Below, piece by piece: positions 1-9,365 of a stretch of 64,000 bases of DNA. The stretch spans positions 1,024,001-1,088,000 of the forward strand of contig CAVSHB010000001.1 in assembly GCA_963727775.1 (NCBI GenBank), written 5' to 3'. Made by a program: the position numbers and the translations under genes. Source of the DNA: an uncultured Nitrospiraceae bacterium (lineage in GTDB: Bacteria > Nitrospirota > Thermodesulfovibrionia > Thermodesulfovibrionales > SM23-35). How positions within the stretch are numbered: position 1 is the stretch's first letter; each line of letters starts with the position of its first letter. The notes beneath the pieces were generated by a model that was not told where the DNA came from, made no database searches, and was given only the letters and a program-made list of their open reading frames with translations.

Positions 1-1
1 C

Positions 2-1396
2 ATGACCCATAGGTCGTTCAACCGCCAGAAAATGTCGGCTAAAACTCAAGAGATGACTTCAACCCGCATATTCCAAATGGATCCCTTAAAGATCAATTAT
101 TACGGTAATCCCGGAACATTTCAGTATATTTCAATGTCTGACGTAATCGATGGAAAATATCCTCCAACCTTTTTCAGCGGCAAAGCTGTTCTGGTCGGAC
201 TAACAGCGCCGGGCATTGTTGATATGGTATCGACCCCGTTCAGTCGGCAGAGAAACAAAATGCCCGGAGTGGAAGTCCATGCAAATATACTGAATAACCT
301 TATTGATGGGAACTCAATTCAGGACATAAAAGAATGGATACGGTGGATTTCCGCAATTGTTTTTTCCGTCATCTGCTTTTTATTTTTCATAAAGCTCGGT
401 GAAAAAAAAGCTGCCCTTTTGTTGATACTTGGCTTTCTTATCATAACAGTCTCGGCATTTTCCCTTTTTACAACTTTCAATCTGTGGACGGGCCCTGCGC
501 TTTTTTACTTTTCAGTCATTTATATCTATATGGCTACCTATATTCTGAGACTGGATGAAGCAGCAAAAGAACTTGATATAAAATATTCATCAGTCACCGG
601 TCTTCTTGGAGGGTATTCAGATCAACCTCCACAAAAAGTGCCTGCCGATGGACTTGTCGGCTTTCTCTCCCTGGGAGGAATAAATGTAAAAATACAAAAA
701 CTCATATGGGTGGAGCATCAATATGAAAAACAGCTTGAAAATACCGTACAGCAAAAGACAAAGGAACTGTCACATGCCCTGTCAATGATCAGCAATATGA
801 GTGCAGAGATGATTATGCGATTGACAGCTGCCGCTGAATCAAAGGACAAACATACAGGGAAACATATATCACGGATAGGGCTTTATGCAAACAGGCTTGC
901 AGAGAAGATGGAAATGCCTTCAGATTTTATCGAAAAAATCACTTTAGCAAGCGCAATGCACGATATAGGGAAAATCGGTATACCCGATGAAATACTTTTA
1001 AAGCCGGGATATCTCACAGAGGAAGAGTTTGAAATTATAAAACGCCACACGATAATCGGCTCAAAGATTCTCTCCGGATCAGCATATCCGATGATACAGA
1101 TTTCTGCCACAATCGCACTCTATCATCACGAAAGATGGGATGGAACAGGATACCCGAAAAGTTTAAAAGGACAGGATATACCCCTCGAAGCAAGAATAAT
1201 CATGATCTGTGATATTTACGATGCACTGCGGAGTCCCCGGCCATATAAACCTGCTTTTGATCATCAAACAACTTTTCAAATAATCACGAAGGGCAATGTC
1301 AAGACTATACCTGACCACTTCGACCCGGATGTATTACATGCATTCATTCAGATCGCCCCAATATTTGATGACATATTTAATAAGCATTCTGGTTGA
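2..1396 (+). CDS. CHASE2-domain membrane protein with C-terminal HD-GYP phosphodiesterase (5' part probably outside the window)
   Basis: MPGVEVHANILNNL (CHASE2 end), three hydrophobic segments, then HD-GYP motifs HDIGK, HHERWDGTGYP, DIYDAL and RPYK. Confidence 0.88.
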   Translation: MTHRSFNRQKMSAKTQEMTSTRIFQMDPLKINYYGNPGTFQYISMSDVIDGKYPPTFFSGKAVLVGLTAPGIVDMVSTPFSRQRNKMPGVEVHANILNNLIDGNSIQDIKEWIRWISAIVFSVICFLFFIKLGEKKAALLLILGFLIITVSAFSLFTTFNLWTGPALFYFSVIYIYMATYILRLDEAAKELDIKYSSVTGLLGGYSDQPPQKVPADGLVGFLSLGGINVKIQKLIWVEHQYEKQLENTVQQKTKELSHALSMISNMSAEMIMRLTAAAESKDKHTGKHISRIGLYANRLAEKMEMPSDFIEKITLASAMHDIGKIGIPDEILLKPGYLTEEEFEIIKRHTIIGSKILSGSAYPMIQISATIALYHHERWDGTGYPKSLKGQDIPLEARIIMICDIYDALRSPRPYKPAFDHQTTFQIITKGNVKTIPDHFDPDVLHAFIQIAPIFDDIFNKHSG

Positions 1397-1745
1397 ACGG
1401 ATTCCCCAAAAACGCCAGTTTACGGCAATGCTTTGGCAGGAGAATACGAAGGCATTGTTAGCAATATCCGTCGGCGCGGCTCGCCTTGCGGATTCAATAC
1501 CATTAAAACAGTAACAGAATGGATAACATTGGAAACTGCCCTTAAACCAGACAAAGTGGGCTTGCCCATTGATATCTTGCGTATTATTAACAAGGGAGCC
1601 GAATGGATTCAACACAAACCAGAATGTCCAGAAATAGATCAGGAATTTTTTAAATAATTCAAACTGAACCACTACCCGGTTTTCTATTCCATTGCGCCTC
1701 AAACCTCAATAGGTTAGAATACAATTTACTTGATTTGTACTGTAA

Positions 1746-4700
1746 CTACGTTTTCCCCTTCCCAGAGAGTTTCACACTAACAACTGGTTTCTTAGGATCA
1801 TTGGACGAAATAGCAATTATTGCATTCTTATTGCCAGTTGATGCTGGACCAAATGTGACAGTAATAGCACATGAGCTTCCTTTTGCTATTGTTGAACAGC
1901 TGTTCTCCTGACTAAATTCAGGTGCATTCGCACCTGTAACTGTTATCGAATTTATTACAAGGTCTGATATGCCGGTATTCTTGACTGTTACAACCTTAGG
2001 TGTCGATATACCACCGACCTGTGCAGAACCAAAATTGACCGACTGTGGGGCGACAGAAATCTTTGGAGGAGCACCTTGCCCAGAGAGTTTCACATTAACA
2101 GTCGGTTGCTTAGGATCGTTGGACGAAATAGCAATTATTGCATTCTTATTGCCCGTTGATGCTGGACTAAATGTGACAGAAATAGCGCATGAATTGCCTT
2201 TTGCTATTGTTGAACAGTTGTTCTCCTGACTAAATTCAGGTGCATTCATACCTGCGACTTTTATCGAATTTATTATAAGATCTGATATGCCGGTATTCTT
2301 GACTGTTACAACCTTAGGTGCCGATATACCACCGACCTGTGCAGAACCAAAATTGACCGACTGTGGGGCGACAGAAATCTTTGGAGGAGCACCTTGCCCA
2401 GAGAGTTTCACATTAACAGTCGGCTTATTGGGATCATTAGAAGAAATACTCAAGATCGCACTTTCCTTGCCAAAAGGCAATGCAGGGGCGAATGTTACAG
2501 TAATGGGGCATACACTCTGTGCAGATACTGTCGAACAATTATTTGTTTGAATGAACTCAGATTGGTTTGCGCCCGTCACGGATATCGAATTTATAATAAG
2601 ATCAACATTGCCCGTGCTTTTGATGGTCACTGTTTTAGGACTGGATGTACTCCCAACACCTGCAGAACCAAAATCAACCGACATTGGGCTGACAGATATT
2701 ATAGGCCCCGTCGTCACTCGATTGGATGCAGCTGATGCCGGACCAGTTCCAATAGCATTAGTCGCTCTAACTGTAAAAGTGTAAGCGGTGCCATTTGTTA
2801 GCCCTGTTACCGTTATTGGGCTAGATGCCCCCGTTGCTGTGATGTTTCCTGGGGAGGACGTCACCGTATATGATATGATAGGACTGCCTCCGATCAAAGC
2901 TGGCGCTGAGAAGCTTACTGTTGCCTGTGCGTTGCCCGCGACTGCCTTTACCCCCGTCGGCGCGTCGGGAACTGTAAGGTCCAAGAGTTTCAGCACAAAT
3001 ATAGCAGTGCCGCCGCTGTGAGCGTTTAAAGGGGTTTGACCGTTGGGTCCATTCCATGTGTCCCCACTCTGGCCCGTCAGATACACATCGCTGCTGCCGT
3101 CTACCGCTATGCCATTGGCAACATCATTGCCCAACCCGTAGAAGGTATGCCATTGATACGCCCCGCTGCCGTTGAGTTTCAGCACAAATATAGCAGTGCC
3201 GCCGCTGTGAGCGCTTAAAGGGGTTTGACCGTTGGGTCCATTCCATGTGTCCCCACTCTGGCCCGTCAGATACACATCGCTGCTGCCGTCTACCGCTATG
3301 CCATTGGCAACATCATTGCCCAACCCGTAGAAGGTATGCCATTGATACGCCCCGCTGCTGTTGAGTTTCAGCGCAAATATAGCAGTACCGCCGCTGTGAG
3401 CGCTTAAAGGGGTTTGACCGTTGGGTCCATTCCATGTGTCCCCACTCTGGCCCGTCAGATACACATCGCTGCTGCCGTCTACCGCTATGCCATTGGCAAC
3501 ATCATTGCCCAACCCGTAGAAGGTATGCCATTGATACGCCCCGCTGCTGTTGAGTTTCAGCGCAAATATAGCAGTACCGCCGCTGTGAGCGCTTAAAGGA
3601 GTTTGGCCGTTGGGTCCATTCCATGTGTCCCCACTCTGGCCCGTCAGATACACATCGCCGCTGCCGTCTACCGCTATGCCATTGGCAACATCATTGCCCA
3701 ACCCGTAGAAGGTATGCCATTGATATGCCCCGCTGCTGTTGAGTTTCAGCACAAATATGGCAGTGCCGCCGCTGTATGCGTTTAAAGGGATTCGTCCGCT
3801 CGGGCCATTCCATGTGGCATCACTCTGGCCAGTCAGATACACATCGCCGCTGCTGTCTACCGCTATGCCATTGCCATAATCATTACCCGCACCCGACCCG
3901 TAGAAGGTGTGCCATTGATATGCCCCGCTGCTGTTGAGTTTCAGCACAAATATGGCAGTGCCGCCGCTGTATGCGTTTAAAGGGATTCGTCCGCTCGGGC
4001 CATTCCATGTGGCATCACTCTGGCCAGTCAGATACACATTGCCGCTTACGTCTACCGCTATGCCATTGCCATAATCATTACCCGCACCCGACCCGTAGAA
4101 GGTGTGCCATTGATATGCGCCGTTGGTGTCAAGTTTCAGTACAAATATGTCATAGTTGCCAGAGTCGCCGCTGTAAGCGTTTAAAGGGCTTTGGCCGCTG
4201 GGGCCATTCCATGCGGCATTACTGTATCCCATCACATACACGTTGCCGCTTACGTCTACCGCTATGCCATTGCCATAATCATTACCCGCACCCGACCCGT
4301 AGAAGGTGTGCCATTGATATGTCGGGTCTATGATAAGGTCCCGGTTTCTGTCGTATTCGGCCACTCTAAAACCAAACTGCCCGTCCTCTATCTTGAAGGC
4401 AACTTCTACAGGTATCCTCTTGCTCCCTATCTCCTGCCATGCCACCGGTTTGCTCTCTATCATCCATCCCCGAGCCGTGGGGAGCTTTATCTTTAGGGAG
4501 CCATCCTGCTGAAGCTCTGTTTCTGCACTGTATTTGAGTCTTATATCCCTTGCGTTTGTACCCGGCTTTATTCTATATGTGCTCTCCGCTATGCCACCTC
4601 CTACCCCTTCATAGCTCAGGGTTATTCCTTTCCATAGGTCCTCATACTCTACCTTGCCGAGTTGCTCCAGTCCCTGCCCCTTGCCCTGTGCCTTGCCTGC

Positions 4701-5030
4701 CGATGCCTTCGGCATTACTCCCTTGGTACCCATGAACTCAACGCTCAGAAAACCTGCCGTGTTCACAAGATAAACCTTGTCAGGCTTAAAGCCCATGATA
4801 TGGCTGCCTGCCTTGAATTGCATGATATCGTTCCCTAAAGATTTAGGGGTTATAGGGTTCAAAGGTATATTGTTGGTTAAGTTTACAGGGTGTATAGCCG
4901 AAAAGGCGGCGTTCCCAAGCGCAGAAGATGGACAGATATTATCCTGCCCTCCAATGCCTATTGCGGCAGATGCTGCAAACGGCACAAAGATTAACGCATA
5001 ACAGAGCAATAAGGCCGATATTTTTTTCAT
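1746..5030 (-). CDS. Secreted SBBP-type seven-blade beta-propeller protein with FN3 and three Ig-like (choice-of-anchor D/ASH) domains
   Basis: Signal peptide; N-terminal domain ending LIIDP; 7 YQWHTFYG...GIAVD...IFxLKL repeats; FN3 (PDAPTGV...YTFTVRATNAIGTG); 3 FGS...VTVKNTG...SSNDP domains; GGAG RBS. Confidence 0.88.
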   Translation of the reverse strand: MKKISALLLCYALIFVPFAASAAIGIGGQDNICPSSALGNAAFSAIHPVNLTNNIPLNPITPKSLGNDIMQFKAGSHIMGFKPDKVYLVNTAGFLSVEFMGTKGVMPKASAGKAQGKGQGLEQLGKVEYEDLWKGITLSYEGVGGGIAESTYRIKPGTNARDIRLKYSAETELQQDGSLKIKLPTARGWMIESKPVAWQEIGSKRIPVEVAFKIEDGQFGFRVAEYDRNRDLIIDPTYQWHTFYGSGAGNDYGNGIAVDVSGNVYVMGYSNAAWNGPSGQSPLNAYSGDSGNYDIFVLKLDTNGAYQWHTFYGSGAGNDYGNGIAVDVSGNVYLTGQSDATWNGPSGRIPLNAYSGGTAIFVLKLNSSGAYQWHTFYGSGAGNDYGNGIAVDSSGDVYLTGQSDATWNGPSGRIPLNAYSGGTAIFVLKLNSSGAYQWHTFYGLGNDVANGIAVDGSGDVYLTGQSGDTWNGPNGQTPLSAHSGGTAIFALKLNSSGAYQWHTFYGLGNDVANGIAVDGSSDVYLTGQSGDTWNGPNGQTPLSAHSGGTAIFALKLNSSGAYQWHTFYGLGNDVANGIAVDGSSDVYLTGQSGDTWNGPNGQTPLSAHSGGTAIFVLKLNGSGAYQWHTFYGLGNDVANGIAVDGSSDVYLTGQSGDTWNGPNGQTPLNAHSGGTAIFVLKLLDLTVPDAPTGVKAVAGNAQATVSFSAPALIGGSPIISYTVTSSPGNITATGASSPITVTGLTNGTAYTFTVRATNAIGTGPASAASNRVTTGPIISVSPMSVDFGSAGVGSTSSPKTVTIKSTGNVDLIINSISVTGANQSEFIQTNNCSTVSAQSVCPITVTFAPALPFGKESAILSISSNDPNKPTVNVKLSGQGAPPKISVAPQSVNFGSAQVGGISAPKVVTVKNTGISDLIINSIKVAGMNAPEFSQENNCSTIAKGNSCAISVTFSPASTGNKNAIIAISSNDPKQPTVNVKLSGQGAPPKISVAPQSVNFGSAQVGGISTPKVVTVKNTGISDLVINSITVTGANAPEFSQENSCSTIAKGSSCAITVTFGPASTGNKNAIIAISSNDPKKPVVSVKLSGKGKT
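1780..2420. repeat. Intragenic 318-bp duplication of an Ig-like domain (approximate limits)
   Basis: Near-identical sequence at 318-bp offset (1969 vs 2287); QGAPPKISVAPQSVNFGSAQVGGIS occurs twice. Confidence 0.85.
2986..4116. repeat. Coding tandem repeats: four near-identical 189-bp blades, then near-identical 195-bp blades
   Basis: Near-identical shadow ORFs at 3036, 3225, 3414 and 3603 (189-bp period); segment at ~3739 recurs at ~3934 (195-bp period). Confidence 0.92.
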
Positions 5031-5087
5031 TGCTAAGCTCTCCTTAAAAAGTGTTTTCCCTTAAAGGTCATTTTCTTTAATCCTTTC

Positions 5088-5191
5088 CCCATCTTTGGAC
5101 TTCTTTCTGTCCCGTTCTTAATAAGGAAGATGGGAGCTTCGCTTTACAGCTTAAGCGATGTATCCTAGGTTTTAAACCTTTTGAAGGATAC
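5088..5191 (-). other. Three adjacent stem-loops between the two propeller genes (candidate cis-regulatory RNA)
   Basis: cccatctt/aagatggg (5088-5134) with inner ggac/gtcc; tcgctt/aagcga (5139-5158); gtatcct/aggatac with inner aggttt/aaacct (5160-5191). Confidence 0.5.
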
Positions 5192-5223
5192 GCGTTGAGA
5201 AAATCGCAGTGCATTTATTTTTT

Positions 5224-8200
5224 TTACTTTCCTTTACCCGATAGTTTTACGACAGAAATTAACTTCTTCGGGTCATTGGATGAATTATTAATCACCGCGC
5301 TTTGATTTCCCACAGCTACAGGGGAAAACGTAACGGTAACATTACACGAATTGCCTTTTGCTAACGTACTACAATTGTTTGTTTGACTAAATTCAGATTC
5401 GTTTGTACCCGTGATAGATATTGAATTTATCGTAAGATCAGAGGTGCCCGTATTCTTTATTGCTACGGTTTTAGATGCAGATGTGTTTCCAACTACCACA
5501 GAACCAAAGTTAACTGATGTAGTAGAAACGGTAATTACCGGAGGCGGGTCCTGCCCCGAGAGTTGCACGTTAATGGTTGTTTTCTTAGGGTCACTGGATG
5601 AAATACTCATAATCGCAGTTTTATTACCAAAAAGAGATGTTGGGCTGAAAGTCACCGAGATAGTACATGAGCTACCTGGAGAGATTACGGTGCAGGAGTT
5701 TGTTTCACTGAAGTCATTTGGATCTGCACCTGCGATACTTATCGAATCTATTATAAGACTGCCCTTGCCCGTATTCTTGACAGTTACTGTTTTCGGAGCA
5801 GACGTGCTTCCGGCTTTCAGTGAACCGAAGTTAATCGATGTGGGGAGTACGGAGATTTTGGGGATACCAGCCTGAACTGCTGTAAAAGTTGCTGTGACGG
5901 TTGTGTCGGCATTCATCGTTATAGTACAAGTGCCCATGCCTGAACACCCGCCGCCGGACCAGCCTGCAACTGTTGAGCCGGTAGCCGGGGTGGCTGTCAA
6001 GCTTACCACAGTACCAGAGGTAAATGATCCTACGCAAGTGGCCCCACAATCTATGCCGGCCGGTGAACTTATCACTTCCCCTGTCCCTGTTGATGTATTT
6101 GATTTTGTTAGCGTGAGAGTATGCGGGACTGTAACCCCTATGCCTGTTAGTGAAGCACTCACTGTTATGTTTGAGTCATATGTTACAACCAGGCTTGCAC
6201 TTTTAGTTCCATTTGAGTCAGGAGCGAATAATACTTGAACTGTACATGTTCCCGCTGGGGGAAGTGTCTTACCCGAGCAGGAATCTTTTTGGATACTGAA
6301 TTCAGAGGGATTGGCACCTCCTTTTGATATCGATGTTACGCCGGAACCGGCCGTGCCATTGTTTGTGACAATAAAAGTTTGAGGCTGCGAAGAGTTACCA
6401 ATATTTACGCTACCGTAATCCTGAGAAGTTGGAGATATGTTTAACGCTGCCTGCGGCAGTGTGTCCGAGAGTTTCAGCACAAATATGTCAAAGTTCCCAC
6501 TGTAAGCATTTAAAGGAGCAGTCCCTCCGGATCCATTCCATGTGGCATCACTCTGGCCCGTCACACACACGTTCCCGCTCCCGTCTACCGCTATGCCATT
6601 GCCAAAATGATCACTCGCTGACGACCCGTAGAAGGTATGCCACCGATATGCGCCGCTGGTGCCAAGTTTCAGCACAAATATGTCAACGTTGCCGCTGTAA
6701 GCTTTTAAAGGAGAAGTCTCTCCGGGACCATTCCATGCGGCATCACTCTGGCCCGTCACATATGTGTCCCCGTTGCCGTCTACCGCTATGCCATTGCCAG
6801 AACTGTTCCCCGACCCGTAAAAGGTATGCCACTGATATGCGCCGCTGCTGTTGAGTTTCAGCACAAATATGTCAAAATCCCAGGTGCTGCTGAAAGCATT
6901 TAAAGGAACAGTCGCTCCGGGGCCATGCCATGTGGAATTACTGTATCCAGTCACATGCACATTGCCGCTGCCGTCTACTGCTATGCCTTTGCCAAAATCA
7001 TCACCATCTGCCGATCCGTAGAAAGTATGCCACTGATATGACCCGCTGGTATCGAGTTTCAGCACAAATATGTCAAAGTTGCCACTGTAAGCATTTAAAG
7101 GGGCAGTCGCCCCGGGGCCATTCCATGTAACATCACTCTGGCCTGTTACATACACATTGCCGCTGCTGTCTGCCGCAATGCCTCTGCCAGAATTATCACC
7201 CCCTGCCGATCCGTAGAAAGTATGCCACTGATATGACCCGCTGCTGTTGAGTTTCAGCACAAGTATGTCATCGCCGCCGTTGTAAGCGTTTAGAGGGGCA
7301 GTCGCTCCGGGGCCATTCCATGTGGCATTACTGTATCCCGTCACATACACGTTGCCGCTGCCGTCTACCGCTATGCCCCAGCCAGAATCATCACCCCCTG
7401 CCGCACCGTAGAAGGTATGCCATTGATATGCGCCGTTGGTGTCAAGTTTCAGCACAAATATGTCATAGTTGCCAGAGTCGCCGCTGTAAGCGTTTAGAGG
7501 AGCAGTCGCTCCGGGGCCATTCCATGTGGCATTACTGTATCCCGTCACATACACGTTGCCGCTGCTGTCTACAGCTATGCCAGTGCCATAAGCATAATTC
7601 GACCCGTAGAAGGTATGCCACTGATATGTCCCGCTGGTGTCGAGTTTCAGCACAAATATGTCAGTGTCTTCGCCGCCGCTATGAGCGTTTAGAGGAGCAG
7701 TCGCTCCGGGGCCATTCCATGTGGCATTACTGTATCCCGTCACATACACGTTGCCGCTGCCGTCTACCGCTATGCCATTGCCATAATCATTACCCGCTAC
7801 CGACCCGAAGAAGGTATGCCACTGATATGTCGGGTCTATGATAAGGTCCCGATTTCTGTCGTATTCGGCCACTCTAAAACCAATCTGCCCGTTCTCAATC
7901 CTGAAGGCGGCTTCTACCGGTATCCTTTGGACACCTATCTCCTGCCATGCCAACGGTTTGCTCTCCATCATCCAGCCCCGATCCGTCGGAAGCTTTATCC
8001 TCAACGAGCCATCCTTCTGAAGCTCTGTCTCCGCACTGTATTTGAGTCTTATATTCCCTGCGTCTGCGCCCGGCTTTATTCTATATGTGCTCTCCGCTAT
8101 GCCCCCTCCTCCAACCCCTTCATAGCTCAGGGTAATCCCTTCCCATAGGTCTTGATACTCTACCTTGCCGAGTTGCTCCAGTCCCTGCGCCTTGCCTGCC

Positions 8201-8529
8201 GATGCCTTCGGCATTACTCCATTGGTCCCCATGAACTCCACGCTCAAAAAACCTGCCGTGTTGACAAGATACACCCTGTTAGGCTTAAAGCCCATGATAT
8301 GGCTGCCCGCCTTGAATTGCATGACTTCGTTTCCTAAAGATTTATGGGGCACGGAATTCAAAGGTCTGATGTTAGTTAAGTTGACAGGGTGTATAGCCGA
8401 AAAGGCGCCGTTCCCCGGACTGACAGATGGAGAGATATTATCCTGCCCTCTACTGCCTATTGCGGCAGATGTTGCAAACGGTACAAAGATTAACGCATAA
8501 CAGAGCAATAAGACCGATACCTTTTTCAT
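5224..8529 (-). CDS. Secreted SBBP-type seven-blade beta-propeller protein with Ig-like domains and a divergent InlB B-repeat-like domain (paralog of 1746-5030)
   Basis: Same N-terminus; 7 divergent blades; SSPAGIDCGATC...LTATPATGS..GWSGGGCSG..CTITM motif; three Ig-like domains. Confidence 0.88.
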   Translation of the reverse strand: MKKVSVLLLCYALIFVPFATSAAIGSRGQDNISPSVSPGNGAFSAIHPVNLTNIRPLNSVPHKSLGNEVMQFKAGSHIMGFKPNRVYLVNTAGFLSVEFMGTNGVMPKASAGKAQGLEQLGKVEYQDLWEGITLSYEGVGGGGIAESTYRIKPGADAGNIRLKYSAETELQKDGSLRIKLPTDRGWMMESKPLAWQEIGVQRIPVEAAFRIENGQIGFRVAEYDRNRDLIIDPTYQWHTFFGSVAGNDYGNGIAVDGSGNVYVTGYSNATWNGPGATAPLNAHSGGEDTDIFVLKLDTSGTYQWHTFYGSNYAYGTGIAVDSSGNVYVTGYSNATWNGPGATAPLNAYSGDSGNYDIFVLKLDTNGAYQWHTFYGAAGGDDSGWGIAVDGSGNVYVTGYSNATWNGPGATAPLNAYNGGDDILVLKLNSSGSYQWHTFYGSAGGDNSGRGIAADSSGNVYVTGQSDVTWNGPGATAPLNAYSGNFDIFVLKLDTSGSYQWHTFYGSADGDDFGKGIAVDGSGNVHVTGYSNSTWHGPGATVPLNAFSSTWDFDIFVLKLNSSGAYQWHTFYGSGNSSGNGIAVDGNGDTYVTGQSDAAWNGPGETSPLKAYSGNVDIFVLKLGTSGAYRWHTFYGSSASDHFGNGIAVDGSGNVCVTGQSDATWNGSGGTAPLNAYSGNFDIFVLKLSDTLPQAALNISPTSQDYGSVNIGNSSQPQTFIVTNNGTAGSGVTSISKGGANPSEFSIQKDSCSGKTLPPAGTCTVQVLFAPDSNGTKSASLVVTYDSNITVSASLTGIGVTVPHTLTLTKSNTSTGTGEVISSPAGIDCGATCVGSFTSGTVVSLTATPATGSTVAGWSGGGCSGMGTCTITMNADTTVTATFTAVQAGIPKISVLPTSINFGSLKAGSTSAPKTVTVKNTGKGSLIIDSISIAGADPNDFSETNSCTVISPGSSCTISVTFSPTSLFGNKTAIMSISSSDPKKTTINVQLSGQDPPPVITVSTTSVNFGSVVVGNTSASKTVAIKNTGTSDLTINSISITGTNESEFSQTNNCSTLAKGNSCNVTVTFSPVAVGNQSAVINNSSNDPKKLISVVKLSGKGK

Positions 8530-8616
8530 TACTTCGCTCTCCTAAAAAGTGTTTTTCCTTAATTGATACTATTGTGTCAACGGCATACAAGTGCATCTTA
8601 AAAATAGATAGATATA

Positions 8617-8893
8617 TCACTTATCTTTCCGGGACAATTCCCATAACTGAATATATTTCCATAACATTGAATATGCCGCGCCCGTAGCCGCAATAAATCC
8701 GTAAAATCCGTCCATAAAACCCTTTTTTATGAAGTAAGTTTCTATAAATTTCCATGATGCTTTTATCGGGATGATATACATCTGAATCAACCACAATAAT
8801 TTCATCGGCCCATTTTACACTGTCAAGACAGTCCCTGATATTGTCTTTCTCATTATGCGTTATAATGGTAACCGATATTTTTTCCCTGTCCAA
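8617..8893 (-). pseudogene. Internally deleted family 2 glycosyltransferase (KdtX/WaaE-like)
   Basis: N-terminus ISVTIITHNEKDNIRDCLDSVKWADEIIVVDS joined out of frame to C-terminus KFIETYFIKKGFMDGFYGF...KYIQLWEL; central region absent. Confidence 0.85.
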
Positions 8894-8935
8894 AAATCTC
8901 CTCCGTTCAGAAATAAACCGAAAATAGCTACATCA

Positions 8936-9124
8936 ATCAACATCCGCTTCTGGAGCAAAATAGGCTATGTCTCAGAGATAACTACCAGAGGAGGAGGCGC
9001 GGCAAATGTAAATACAGGGACATTAATGCCAATTCCTAAGTTTACGCCCGCACTGCTCTGTGGAGAAAATCCTGTCAGCACCAAAAACAAGGCGCGCCGT
9101 AAGAGCTCTGATACCTTTCTCCAT
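8936..9124 (-). pseudogene. Frameshifted remnant of a small exported Pro/Tyr-rich protein
   Basis: Hand translation LFLVLTGFSPQSSAGVNLGIGINVPVFTFAAPPPLVVI, then after a frameshift AYFAPEADVD. Confidence 0.5.
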
Positions 9125-9189
9125 GTTATTCTTTCCTGTTAATATTGAAGACGATGAAAGCAGTCAGGAGGTTACAGGCAAACATATAG

Positions 9190-9320
9190 GTCGTCTGAAA
9201 AAGATTTCCCTCCAGAGTATGCAATTCCGTAGGGTTTACCGTAAATAATAAACTGATGGAGGTGAGCATCACCCATCCCATCCCTGTTTGAAGAATATAG
9301 TGATAATCTGCTATGGTGGC
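9190..9320 (-). pseudogene. Fragment of a plasmid pRiA4b ORF-3 family gene
   Basis: ATIADYHYILQTGMGW, frameshift, DAHLHQFIIYGKPYGIAYSGGKSFSDD; fits the family's LH..LQ..MGW...HLH motif. Confidence 0.7.
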
Positions 9321-9350
9321 AGCCAGTCGATAGGAGGGAAGACTGGCTGC
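9319..9350 (-). terminator. Perfect 10-bp stem hairpin downstream of the DUF3443 gene
   Basis: gcagccagtc-N12-gactggctgc, 16 bp after the stop; no clear U-tract. Confidence 0.5.
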
Positions 9351-9365
9351 TGCGGATGATTACAA

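Noticed and set aside
1433..1657. 74-aa ORF after the HD-GYP gene
   Set aside because: No recognisable motif or RBS; may be a gene fragment but cannot be supported
2986..4116. Regular repeats that might be a CRISPR array
   Set aside because: Periods are 189 and 195 bp, in frame within a protein, with no short repeat/unique spacer pattern and no cas genes
1969..8500. Many plus-strand ORFs opposite the propeller genes
   Set aside because: Antisense shadows produced by the repetitive coding sequence
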